Virus record (IMG/VR): IMGVR_UViG_3300017565_000017
Location: 64,779-128,778 of that record
Reading direction: 5' to 3' (one strand)
Source of the DNA: a virus
Lineage: Duplodnaviria; Heunggongvirae; Uroviricota; Caudoviricetes
Length of the DNA stretch: 64,000 nucleotides
Shown here: positions 38,228 to 46,634 of the stretch, one piece after another
Layout of the letters: each line of letters opens with the position of its first letter
Position numbering within the stretch: the first letter of the stretch is position 1
Position numbers and translations under genes: made by a program
The notes under the pieces: model-generated
Seen by the model: the letters and a program-made list of their open reading frames with translations, nothing else
Databases searched by the model: none
Told to the model about the DNA's origin: nothing

Positions 38228-38228
38228 C

Positions 38229-38471
38229 ATGACTATTACGTTCTGGACAATTGCTATCTGCATTCTCTCGGCTATCGCCCTCTCCGTGATGGTCCTGCAA
38301 ATGCGGGCGGATTACTATCTGGAACGCGCCCCTGACACTGAGGAAACGTACCTCAGATTTACCCGGGTTGTGAAGCTGTATCGTCGGGCTATTCAAGCCA
38401 TGTACATATACGTCACAATCCTATTCATCATCGCCGTCATAGACGTGGCGTTCCTCCGCACCCCTACCTGA
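38229..38471 (+). CDS. Small membrane protein
   Basis: 80 aa, 2 TM. Confidence 0.4.
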   Translation: MTITFWTIAICILSAIALSVMVLQMRADYYLERAPDTEETYLRFTRVVKLYRRAIQAMYIYVTILFIIAVIDVAFLRTPT

Positions 38472-38493
38472 ACTTATTCAACCTGGAGTCAAT

Positions 38494-38880
38494 ATGACCG
38501 CATTTCTCAACTTCCTCGCGTACTTCGGCACCGGCCTCGTGGTCCTCATGGTGTACATGGTGGCCTACAACAAGCTGACCCCCTACGATGAATGGAAGGA
38601 AATCAAGGACGGCAACATGGCTGCGGCCCTGGCCTTCGGGGGCTCGATGGTTGGCTTCGTGCTGCCGCTGCTGTCCGCTATCTTCTTCACCCACAGCCTC
38701 ATCGAAATGATCAAGTGGGGCGTTATCACGGGCGTCGTGCAGCTTCTGACCTTCGAGATTGCTCACCGACTGCGTGGCTTCGGCGACTGCGTCAAGAACC
38801 GTAATACGGCGGGCGGTATGTTCCTGGCCCTGCTGTCCATCGCGGTCGGCCTGCTCAACGCTGTGTCGATCTCCTACTGA
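38494..38880 (+). CDS. DUF350 (YjfL-like) membrane protein
   Basis: 128 aa, 4 TM. Composition and architecture match the YjfL family that accompanies YjfC-type ligases. GC3-rich. Confidence 0.5.
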   Translation: MTAFLNFLAYFGTGLVVLMVYMVAYNKLTPYDEWKEIKDGNMAAALAFGGSMVGFVLPLLSAIFFTHSLIEMIKWGVITGVVQLLTFEIAHRLRGFGDCVKNRNTAGGMFLALLSIAVGLLNAVSISY

Positions 38881-39054
38881 GGCCGCTATGTGGACCCTGA
38901 TTATTAGCGTTTACAGCACCTACGGGGTGGGGATCCATTCGATTCCGGGGTTTGCTTCTGAGAAAGCAGCAGAAACTGCCAAGGCGATCCACTCGAAGTC
39001 GCTCACTAACAGCATGCACGTCTGCTACGCAATTGTCCCCATGGGTGATGCGCA

Positions 39055-39384
39055 ATGAACATCTATCCGCAGACTGTCCTCACGGTCGACTACACGTCGT
39101 TGCCTGAAAACTGCCAGGAACGTATTCGTGAATGGGGTGGGTTCAGCAACGACTGCCTGTTGTCGTACAGCCGCCACAGCGAGTTCGGGCTGACCAGTCT
39201 CACCCAAGAGTCGTTGACCGAATACTACAACGACCAAGTGCGCGATAATCAGTTCCAGGGCACACTCGACGAGTTTATCGTCGAGTACGGTCTGGTATTC
39301 GACAAGTACCTGATCGATGAATTGCCCAAGCTGGGCATCGACCCTAGCGAGTTCGAAGAGCTGTACATCAACGTTCGCTGGTAA
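39055..39384 (+). CDS. Hypothetical protein
   Basis: 109 aa. Confidence 0.45.
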   Translation: MNIYPQTVLTVDYTSLPENCQERIREWGGFSNDCLLSYSRHSEFGLTSLTQESLTEYYNDQVRDNQFQGTLDEFIVEYGLVFDKYLIDELPKLGIDPSEFEELYINVRW

Positions 39385-39387
39385 ACT

Positions 39388-39407
39388 GAGGGGGCTTCGG
39401 CCCCCTC
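39388..39407 (+). terminator. Stable hairpin (possible terminator or processing site)
   Basis: GAGGGGGC-TTCG-GCCCCCTC. Weak U-tract. Confidence 0.4.
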
Positions 39408-39424
39408 CTTAACGAATCCCAGTC

Positions 39425-40819
39425 GTGGACTCTGGAGCCATTGTGCCCGATTTTACTTTCTTACATGGATTATCTACCGTAGCTATCGGCGGCCTGATTG
39501 CTGCCGTAGTCGCAGGTTGGAAACAGGTCAAGGGCTTCTTTGCCCAAATTGCTTCCCTAGTGGTAGTGACTGCAAATATCGACAGCCGTATCGCATCTTC
39601 TGTGTACATTCACCTGCGCCAGAAGTATAAGATTGTGCCGTCCGGTATCCACCGTTATGTATCTCGCCACGCTAAAATCAAGGGCGATGCGTTCAACATT
39701 CCGATCCCGTATCATTTGCCCAACTCTACCGCGATTTACGTCAGCAAGCGTGGGGTTCCGCTGATTGTCAGTCACAGCGATTCCATGCAGATTCGAGGTC
39801 TGCGAGGCACCATCAATTTCAAGAAGTTGATTGCACAGGCCACCAATGAAATGCGGGAGCGCAACAACAGCGGGTCCTCCAGGAAAGCCCAACTCAGCAA
39901 CACAAGTCGCTTCCAGGTCTACAAGGTCATGGGCGCTGAGAAGTATGTCGGGGACATGCAGCGCAAGAAGCAAGGCACTCTCAGTGCCTCTGAGGGGGAC
40001 CCTGTTCCGGATTCTATCGACAGTAGCTCGTCTAATATAGGTGTTAATCTGCTGGTCGATAAGTCTTGGATGTTCTCGCAGGACGACTTCGAGCAGGCCT
40101 CCCAGGAAGACCCGTTGCGTGGTCTGTATTTCGAGCCCCACGTTCTGGAACACTTCCAAAAGGCTCGACGCTGGATGGAAATGGGTAAGTGGTATAGCGA
40201 CCGAAACATTCCGTGGCGTCGGGGTTGGCTGCTCCACGGTCCGGGCGGTACGGGTAAATCCAGCATTGCCCGTGGTCTTGCCATCACTCTTGGTATCCCT
40301 GTTTACCAGTTCTATCTTGGGACCCTCAGCGACCAGGAGTTCGCCCAGAGATGGTCAAACATGAGCACCCCGTGCGTAGCGCTCTTCGAAGACTTCGACA
40401 ATATCTTCCATGGTCGTGAGCCTGTTTCCGAGCACACGATGTTGTCTTTCGACACAGTGCTCAACCACATCAGCGGCGTTGACTCCACTGACGGTGTGTT
40501 CCTAGTTGTGACAACCAACTGCCTGGACAAAATCGATCCGGCGATGGGCGTCTCCCACGAAGGGGGCTCCTTGTCTACGCGCCCTGGCCGGATTGACACG
40601 GTTATCGAAGTGGGGCTCATGGACGAGGCGTGCCGCCGTGCGCTTGTCATGAGCATCCTGCGGGACTGGCCGGACCTCGTGGAACACGCAGTCGGCCACA
40701 CTTTCGGTATGACTCCAAGCCAAGTGCAAGAGTATTGCGTGCAGCAAGCCTTCGAGCGTCTGGATCAGGAAGAGAAAGCGCGTCCAAAGGAACATGGCAT
40801 GATTAGCGAAGCTTCCTAG
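39425..40819 (+). CDS. AAA+ ATPase, membrane-anchored (paralog 1)
   Basis: N-terminal TM. Walker A GPGGTGKSS, Walker B VALFEDFDN, and VVTTN..IDPA...RPGRID (sensor/arginine finger). Confidence 0.65.
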   Translation: MDSGAIVPDFTFLHGLSTVAIGGLIAAVVAGWKQVKGFFAQIASLVVVTANIDSRIASSVYIHLRQKYKIVPSGIHRYVSRHAKIKGDAFNIPIPYHLPNSTAIYVSKRGVPLIVSHSDSMQIRGLRGTINFKKLIAQATNEMRERNNSGSSRKAQLSNTSRFQVYKVMGAEKYVGDMQRKKQGTLSASEGDPVPDSIDSSSSNIGVNLLVDKSWMFSQDDFEQASQEDPLRGLYFEPHVLEHFQKARRWMEMGKWYSDRNIPWRRGWLLHGPGGTGKSSIARGLAITLGIPVYQFYLGTLSDQEFAQRWSNMSTPCVALFEDFDNIFHGREPVSEHTMLSFDTVLNHISGVDSTDGVFLVVTTNCLDKIDPAMGVSHEGGSLSTRPGRIDTVIEVGLMDEACRRALVMSILRDWPDLVEHAVGHTFGMTPSQVQEYCVQQAFERLDQEEKARPKEHGMISEAS

Positions 40820-40834
40820 ACCTAAAAACCCGGC

Positions 40835-40899
40835 TTGCTTTTGGGGCCGCTTACGTTATATACTGGCTGGCCCTAAACCCCTACACGTTACCCCGCACC
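40835..40899 (+). promoter_or_regulatory. sigma70-like promoter (TTGCTT-17-TATACT) plus leader box variant
   Basis: ggccctaaacccctacacgttaccccgcacc then ATG at 40900. Confidence 0.5.
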
Positions 40900-41340
40900 A
40901 TGGAAAACCTCGACAACATCCCGGAACGCATCGCCCAGCTTTGCCATGTGGCGCAATTTCCCGGAGATCGCCATCTCTTCCCTGGACTCAACAAAGCCCC
41001 GCTGTCGCAGTACAAACGTGTTCTGGAGCTGGACTTCCACCAGCTTCCGGTCAATGTGCAATGGGAGCTGCGGGGTCGTCCGGGTTTCGCCTTTGACCAG
41101 ATTTTGTCGGTGCGCAGTATTTACTCAGCTTTCTTTGCTGACCCCAACGCTCCGATCAGTGTGCTGATTGACCGCCCTTACCTGATCCTGCAACATGAAC
41201 ACAGCGTTCGTGAGCATGATTTCACCGGCGATCTGTCGGAATATGTTGCTCAACGCAATCTGCGCCTGTACAAGTGGATTGTGGACCAAAAGTTCGATCT
41301 CGGTAGCGTTTCCGATATCTACATTACTACCCGCGTCTAG
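40900..41340 (+). CDS. Hypothetical protein
   Basis: 146 aa. Confidence 0.5.
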   Translation: MENLDNIPERIAQLCHVAQFPGDRHLFPGLNKAPLSQYKRVLELDFHQLPVNVQWELRGRPGFAFDQILSVRSIYSAFFADPNAPISVLIDRPYLILQHEHSVREHDFTGDLSEYVAQRNLRLYKWIVDQKFDLGSVSDIYITTRV

Positions 41341-41366
41341 CGCTGTACCGTAAATAGTTTTATATG

Positions 41367-41390
41367 GCCCCCAACTCGGGGGCTTTTTTT
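41367..41390 (+). terminator. Rho-independent terminator
   Basis: GCCCCC-AACTC-GGGGGC followed by TTTTTTT. Confidence 0.8.
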
Positions 41391-41404
41391 ACGAGGATTC
41401 GTCT

Positions 41405-41650
41405 ATGAAGATTGAAGACTATAAACGGCTAGAATCGGCTGCCCGTGAAGTGTGTCTAGCTAGGGGTCAAAACCCTGATGAGCAAGTAGGTACAGAGCGT
41501 GCTTCTTGGGAAGATGGTCCAACGTACGACGTCTATTACTGTTCCACACGCTGGCGCAACGTAGCTCAAGAGCTTTGGGATTTTGAGGTCAAGGGGCGTG
41601 CTCTGTTTAATCTTCGTGCATACTCAGCAGAAGGTCCGAATGACAAATGA
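41405..41650 (+). CDS. Hypothetical small protein
   Basis: 81 aa. Confidence 0.45.
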   Translation: MKIEDYKRLESAAREVCLARGQNPDEQVGTERASWEDGPTYDVYYCSTRWRNVAQELWDFEVKGRALFNLRAYSAEGPNDK

Positions 41651-41849
41651 CGATGACCCCAGCGGTGGCCTAGATAGCCCGTGCGTGGCCATCTGCTCTA
41701 CACTCTACGACGACATTTGTCGTGGTTGCGGGCGCACTGCTATGGAAGTGGCGGAATGGGTGTTCTATACACCTGAGGAAAAGAAACAGGTCTGGATTCG
41801 GATTAAGTCGCAAGGCTATCCGACTAGAGATTTAGGGAAGAAGTATTGA
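41640..41849 (+). CDS. Small Cys-containing protein
   Basis: MTNDDDPSGGLDSPCVAICSTLYDDICRGCGRTAMEVAEW.. Confidence 0.4.
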   Translation: MTNDDDPSGGLDSPCVAICSTLYDDICRGCGRTAMEVAEWVFYTPEEKKQVWIRIKSQGYPTRDLGKKY

Positions 41850-42109
41850 TGGCTACAGTTACATTCACACATTACGGATGGTTCGGGCTCTGCCCGATCA
41901 TTATTGCAGACCCCGAGGCTGAGACTCCAACGTTCCAGGCCCGCTACAAGTACACCGAGTGGTTGTTTGATTTCTCGGACTGGATGTACGATCGGTGCAA
42001 CGATTTCTTGCTTTGGATGGATAAGGGACATGATCCAGTATTTCCATATAGTGTCAGCGGTGAGCTAGAGAAGCCAATCGTCTTGTCTGCTGATGAAGAA
42101 GAGGACTGA
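41846..42109 (+). CDS. Hypothetical small protein
   Basis: 87 aa. Confidence 0.4.
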   Translation: MMATVTFTHYGWFGLCPIIIADPEAETPTFQARYKYTEWLFDFSDWMYDRCNDFLLWMDKGHDPVFPYSVSGELEKPIVLSADEEED

Positions 42110-42138
42110 ATTTTAGTCTTTAGCCTCCGTAGGAGACT

Positions 42139-42801
42139 GTGATGTTCTGGCCTATTCTGCGCAAGTCCTTTAAGTGGGTTTTTCTTGGACCTCTGGACCT
42201 TATCTTCAATCTGTTCTGCGTCTTATTCGCTAACTGGTGGGTGATTTTCCTAGCCCGCCCCGTTGTCAAGGGAGATTGGCTCTACCACGAGGCCAAGCCT
42301 CAATGGCAAGGTCTTGAGGAAAAGCTTCCCAACTGGTTGTCTTGGTTTGAAACCTTCGATGCGTCTCTAGACGCAGGTTGGATCGGTGGGTACTTCGCTC
42401 CTAAAGACAAGTACAGCAAAGACAACATGCCTAGCTTCTGGCGTCGTAAGTATTATCAGTGGCGTTGGCTCAACCGTAACTCCGGGTACTCGTTCTCCTA
42501 TTATCCGCTTGGAGTTCCTATGGACAAATCCAAGTGGACTATTCATAAATGGGTACGTAATTTCGGCACCGACTCAGACAAGGGTTATCAGCTTTGGATC
42601 GCTTCCTCACCTGAGGGCTACTGGAACATCAACCTCCAGGGTAAGTATGGCACCTACAAGCTCGGTTGGAAAGCGTGGAATTATTGGGATCGCGAGCTCG
42701 GTACATGGTACAAGGGTAATGAGCCCTGGGGTCCAGACTATCGAACTTCTATCGTGATGTCAATCAACCCCTTCAATCGCAAGAAAATTGAGAAGAAGTA
42801 A
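42139..42801 (+). CDS. Membrane-anchored Trp/Tyr-rich hypothetical protein
   Basis: 220 aa, N-terminal TM. Confidence 0.5.
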   Translation: MMFWPILRKSFKWVFLGPLDLIFNLFCVLFANWWVIFLARPVVKGDWLYHEAKPQWQGLEEKLPNWLSWFETFDASLDAGWIGGYFAPKDKYSKDNMPSFWRRKYYQWRWLNRNSGYSFSYYPLGVPMDKSKWTIHKWVRNFGTDSDKGYQLWIASSPEGYWNINLQGKYGTYKLGWKAWNYWDRELGTWYKGNEPWGPDYRTSIVMSINPFNRKKIEKK

Positions 42802-42864
42802 TCACGGTCCGTACGACGTGTTCACAGGCAAAACCGTTTAATTTGTAACAGTGGCGGTTAGCGT

Positions 42865-42893
42865 TTGCATTGCGTGTAAAACGTGCCTATAAT
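42865..42893 (+). promoter_or_regulatory. sigma70-like promoter (TTGCAT-17-TATAAT)
   Basis: -35 at 42865-70, -10 at 42888-93. Confidence 0.55.
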
Positions 42894-43025
42894 TACACCC
42901 ATGCACTAATTAATTAGCGCATAGCTCCGGGGCTACAGTTAACTCCCCCTCTAACTTGGCAGTCAGGGAAGGGTGTTCACAGAACCCCGGAGCACCTTAA
43001 AAAGTTTTTGTAATGCGCTTTAAGT

Positions 43026-43131
43026 TTGTACCGTAGCAAAAAGCGTGTTATAATTGTTTTACGTTAATGCGGCGCGTTAGCGTAATGTTGTAAACGGGCA
43101 ATTGTAGCCCAGAACCTAGGAAACCTACCCC
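43026..43131 (+). promoter_or_regulatory. sigma70-like promoter (TTGTAC-17-TATAAT) plus leader ending CCTAGGAAACCTACCCC
   Basis: -35 at 43026-31, -10 at 43049-54, ATG at 43132. Confidence 0.55.
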
Positions 43132-44583
43132 ATGAGCAAATCGCTCTCCGAAACCAAGCAAGAAATCGCCGTCGCCGACATCGTCTATCACGGCGAGAAG
43201 CTGACCCTGCCGGAAGGCATGACCCTCCCCCAAGCCATCGACCTGCTCTCCCGCCGCCTGAAGTACGAGCAGGAAGAAACCGCGTTCAGCGATGCGTTCG
43301 ACGCCTTCCCCCTCGACGGCGCGTATGCCCTGCAACAAGTCCTGACCAAGAAGTACGGCTGGGCTCAAGCCATCCCGACCCCGGGCTTCTTCGGCAAGAA
43401 CCCGCCGCGCATGCTGCGCATCGAAATCAAGCCCGGTGTCTTCACCGAAGCTCCGTGGGGCCGCTTCTCGCTGCCCAACATCAAGGGCTACATCCAGTGC
43501 GGCGCCGAGCAGAAGAAGGGCCGCTGGGTGTTCAGCCTGAGCGCCAACATCCTGCGCCTCAACGAGCGTGAAGTCCGCTCCCTGTTCGACGAAGTCCGTT
43601 CCTACCTCAAGGAAAACTCGATCTACAAGGGCCAGGCCATCAAGATCCGCTTCCGCGACGAAAACGGCGAAACGCTGGAAATGCCGGAACCGCAGTTCAT
43701 GGACACCAGCAAGATCGACCCGCACGGCCTGATCTACGCCAAGGACGTCCAGGACGCCGTGGAAACCAACCTGTTCACGCCGATCCGTCGCGTCAAGGAC
43801 TGCCTCGCCAACGGCGTGCCGGTCAAGCGCGGTGTTCTGCTGGGCGGCACGTTCGGCACCGGCAAGACCCTGGCGGCGACCGTTGCCTCGCGTCTGGCTG
43901 TCGATCACGGCATCACCTACCTGTACGTCCCCCGCGCCGACGAACTGTCCGACGCCATCGAATTCGCCAAGCAGTACCAGTCGCCGGCATGCGTCATCTT
44001 CTGCGAAGACATCGACCGCGCCGTGGCCGGTGACCGCAGCGTCAAGATGGACGACATCCTCAACATCCTGGACGGCATCGACACCAAGAGCTCGAACATC
44101 ATCACGGTGGTCACGACCAACGACCTGCTGTCGATCAACCCGGCTCTGCTGCGCCCCGGCCGTCTGGACGCCGTCATCAACGTGACGCCGCCCGATGCCC
44201 AGGCCGTCGAAAAGCTCATCCGCTTCTACGCCGGTCAGGCCATCGACGCCGACACCGACCTGACCGAAGCCGGTGTCGAGCTGGCCTCCGCCAAGACCAT
44301 CCCGGCTGTCATCGCCGAAGTGGTCAAGCGTGCCAAGCTCAGCGAACTCAAGCTGCTGCCCGAAGGTTCGATCGTCACCAAGCTCGGCCAAGCGGCCATC
44401 CTGGAAGCCGCCAAGACCATCTCGGCGCAGGTCAAGCTCCTGCAAGAGAAGGAGCCCGAGCAAATCACGACCATCGAGCAAATCGTGGCCGCTGCTTCCC
44501 GTTCCTCGGCGCAGGAAGTGTTCGACGCCAACAAGAAGGGTCTGCTCAACGACATCGACAAGCTCATCGCGGCCCGCGTCTAA
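43132..44583 (+). CDS. AAA+ ATPase (paralog 2), soluble, with about 230-aa N-domain
   Basis: LLGGTFGTGKT (Walker A), VIFCEDIDRA (Walker B), VVTTNDLLSINPALLRPGRLD. Extremely GC3-rich. Confidence 0.65.
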   Translation: MSKSLSETKQEIAVADIVYHGEKLTLPEGMTLPQAIDLLSRRLKYEQEETAFSDAFDAFPLDGAYALQQVLTKKYGWAQAIPTPGFFGKNPPRMLRIEIKPGVFTEAPWGRFSLPNIKGYIQCGAEQKKGRWVFSLSANILRLNEREVRSLFDEVRSYLKENSIYKGQAIKIRFRDENGETLEMPEPQFMDTSKIDPHGLIYAKDVQDAVETNLFTPIRRVKDCLANGVPVKRGVLLGGTFGTGKTLAATVASRLAVDHGITYLYVPRADELSDAIEFAKQYQSPACVIFCEDIDRAVAGDRSVKMDDILNILDGIDTKSSNIITVVTTNDLLSINPALLRPGRLDAVINVTPPDAQAVEKLIRFYAGQAIDADTDLTEAGVELASAKTIPAVIAEVVKRAKLSELKLLPEGSIVTKLGQAAILEAAKTISAQVKLLQEKEPEQITTIEQIVAAASRSSAQEVFDANKKGLLNDIDKLIAARV

Positions 44584-44625
44584 GCCACGTTCGGCCAGCG
44601 CCTTTAACCTAGGCGCGTAGCCCTA

Positions 44626-44656
44626 GCCCTGCCCCCACAAAGGGCAGGGCTTTTTC
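44626..44656 (+). terminator. Rho-independent terminator
   Basis: GCCCTGCCC-CCACAAA-GGGCAGGGC followed by TTTTTC. Confidence 0.8.
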
Positions 44657-44674
44657 ACATTACGGAGTCCTCAA

Positions 44675-45199
44675 ATGCTTGAAACTTTCAAGACCAAAGT
44701 ACACGAATTGGCTGGCCCCGACCTCTGCTGGTATGTCGGGGCTGCGACGCGTGAGGTGGGTCTGGTAGACCGCAACGGGGTGCCTGCCTATCGCTTCCGC
44801 TTTGACCCTGAGCGCCACGCCGAAGAGCACGACCACAAGGAAATGAACCAGTACATACATTTCCGTCCGGACATCAAGCAAGACCAGGGTGGCTACATCA
44901 TCGACCAGTGGAAGATTGCCACCGAGTTCGATGAAGAAACGGGCTCATGGAAGGCCACGCTCAAGGATTACACGATTGGCACCCGTGACGACAAGCACTA
45001 CCTCCACGCAACTCGCATCACGGCGTATAACGCAGATACGCGATTGCGCGCCGCTATGTGCTGCCTCGTGGCCCATGTGTTTGGCTCCACGGAGCTTACG
45101 CCACCGTGCATGATTACCGGCTTCCCGGGCATGCCTGCCGTAGTGGAAGGCTCGACAGCTACGCCACTCCATTCGCGCCCTGAAGGTATGGAACAGTAG
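44675..45199 (+). CDS. Hypothetical protein
   Basis: 174 aa, last plus-strand gene. Confidence 0.5.
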   Translation: MLETFKTKVHELAGPDLCWYVGAATREVGLVDRNGVPAYRFRFDPERHAEEHDHKEMNQYIHFRPDIKQDQGGYIIDQWKIATEFDEETGSWKATLKDYTIGTRDDKHYLHATRITAYNADTRLRAAMCCLVAHVFGSTELTPPCMITGFPGMPAVVEGSTATPLHSRPEGMEQ

Positions 45200-45226
45200 A
45201 CCTCTTCTAAGAGAAGTAACCACAAA

Positions 45227-45252
45227 CCCGCCGCCCTGGCGGGTTTTTTATT
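45227..45252 (+). terminator. Rho-independent terminator
   Basis: CCCGCC-GCCCTG-GCGGG followed by TTTTTTATT. Confidence 0.7.
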
Positions 45253-45547
45253 GCCCACGTGTGGGGCATGCCCTGGCACTGCTACAGGGGCCGCTGGCTC
45301 GGTTTAAATGGCTACCCTCCACCTTACCCCTACCCGTTATAAAAACGCCGTAGCGGGGCTATAAACCGGACTAGCGGGCAAATGTCCAGCAACTCCGTTT
45401 ATAGCCCCTACAGGCGATTATTTTTGTTATACTACCCGCACCCTTACCCTGGTAAAACAAATGCGCTGGGGGCCGTTTTGATGGCCCGTTTTTAGCCAGG
45501 GCGTACCGCACCGCGCGGGGCCACGGTGGAATGCGTCTTACCGGGTC

Positions 45548-45573
45548 GTAAAAAAGCCCCGCCTAGGCGGGGC
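45548..45573 (-). terminator. Rho-independent terminator for the minus-strand transcription unit
   Basis: On the minus strand GCCCCGCC-TAG-GCGGGGC is followed by TTTTTT (plus-strand A-run at 45550-55). Confidence 0.7.
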
Positions 45574-45590
45574 CGGTGCGCAGCGTGAAG

Positions 45591-45941
45591 TTACGCGGCT
45601 TCTTTGTAATTCTTGTGTAGATAGTCGAGCCAGTCTTGGACCCAGCCGTGAACGTTGGCGGGGTCTACGATAGTTTCTCTCGTGCTAACTATCTTGCGGC
45701 CTTTCTCGCGACGGTCAATGTCGACCATATACGGAGGGCCGTTCAAATGGATCTTGAGGGACGGAGTTGGGCTGGCATTCGGCCGGAAGGTCAGAGACGC
45801 TTCCGAATGCGCAATATGCCAGCCTTGAGGCAGCTCCACTTTGTGGAGTGACTCACGCACGGAAAGACCATTAGTCCGCGCAGACTTTGCTGCACGTTTG
45901 TCGCGGATCTCTCCCAAAACTCGCTTTCCGTTGCTCACCAT
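45591..45941 (-). CDS. Hypothetical protein
   Basis: 116 aa. Confidence 0.45.
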   Translation of the reverse strand: MVSNGKRVLGEIRDKRAAKSARTNGLSVRESLHKVELPQGWHIAHSEASLTFRPNASPTPSLKIHLNGPPYMVDIDRREKGRKIVSTRETIVDPANVHGWVQDWLDYLHKNYKEAA

Positions 45942-45943
45942 AT

Positions 45944-46123
45944 TTAAATCTTACCTTCGGGTTCGGGGTTAGGGTGCAGAGTGCGGCTCCGCATGACTTG
46001 CAGTAGGGCTTTCCGGTATTCGATATCGGTGCAGCCTTCTTGTTCGCGTACAGCTTCCAGATACAGAGCGCGCTCTTCTTCAGTGCGCAACTGCTCGGCT
46101 ACATCGTAGGGCTTGGTTTCCAT
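45944..46123 (-). CDS. Addiction-module antidote-like small protein (TIGR02684-like pattern)
   Basis: METKPYDVAEQLRTEEERALYLEAVREQEGCTDIEYRKALLQVMRSR fits the ..YD.AE.L.T.EE.A.YLEA..E..D...I..AL family pattern. Start chosen at the internal Met. Confidence 0.3.
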   Translation of the reverse strand: METKPYDVAEQLRTEEERALYLEAVREQEGCTDIEYRKALLQVMRSRTLHPNPEPEGKI

Positions 46124-46544
46124 GTGGGTCTCAATCGTCTGGGTGAATAGACACCCACTGGAAATGTTCCATGGGGTATTTCTTGAGTGCTTCTTCCAAG
46201 GACCATTTGCCCCCATCCCACAGCCAATTAGGCTCCGTGGATGTACCGGCGTCCAGCCAGAACTGGAGATATGTAAATGGACCCTCAGCGGTGTCCGTAC
46301 GAACGGCTAGGAAGTGGATCTCCTCGCGGAAGTCACTCATTACGTAGCCTCTTTCTGGAGTAGCTTCAGGGAAGCGTAGTGGGCCTTGGCACTCTGTAGT
46401 AGTCCACCTGAATCGATCCACGCGATATCGGTCCATTTCCCGTTCCCGTACACCCCCTGTACAAGAACTTTTGTTTTAATTGCCGGGTGGGACGCGAAGT
46501 CACCAACTTCTACGGTCTGAGCGCTCATGAGCGTCCTTTATTGA

Positions 46545-46629
46545 TGGTGCCCCGAGCCGGACTCGAACCGGCACGCCCGAAGGCTAGGGATTTTAAGTCC
46601 CCTGTGACTACCAATTCCACCATCGGGGC
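46545..46629 (-). tRNA. tRNA-Leu(TAA)
   Basis: Manual fold. Acceptor GCCCCGA/TCGGGGC, anticodon loop CTTAAAA, long variable arm, T-loop TTCGAGT, CCA encoded. Confidence 0.85.
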
Positions 46630-46634
46630 TTTAA

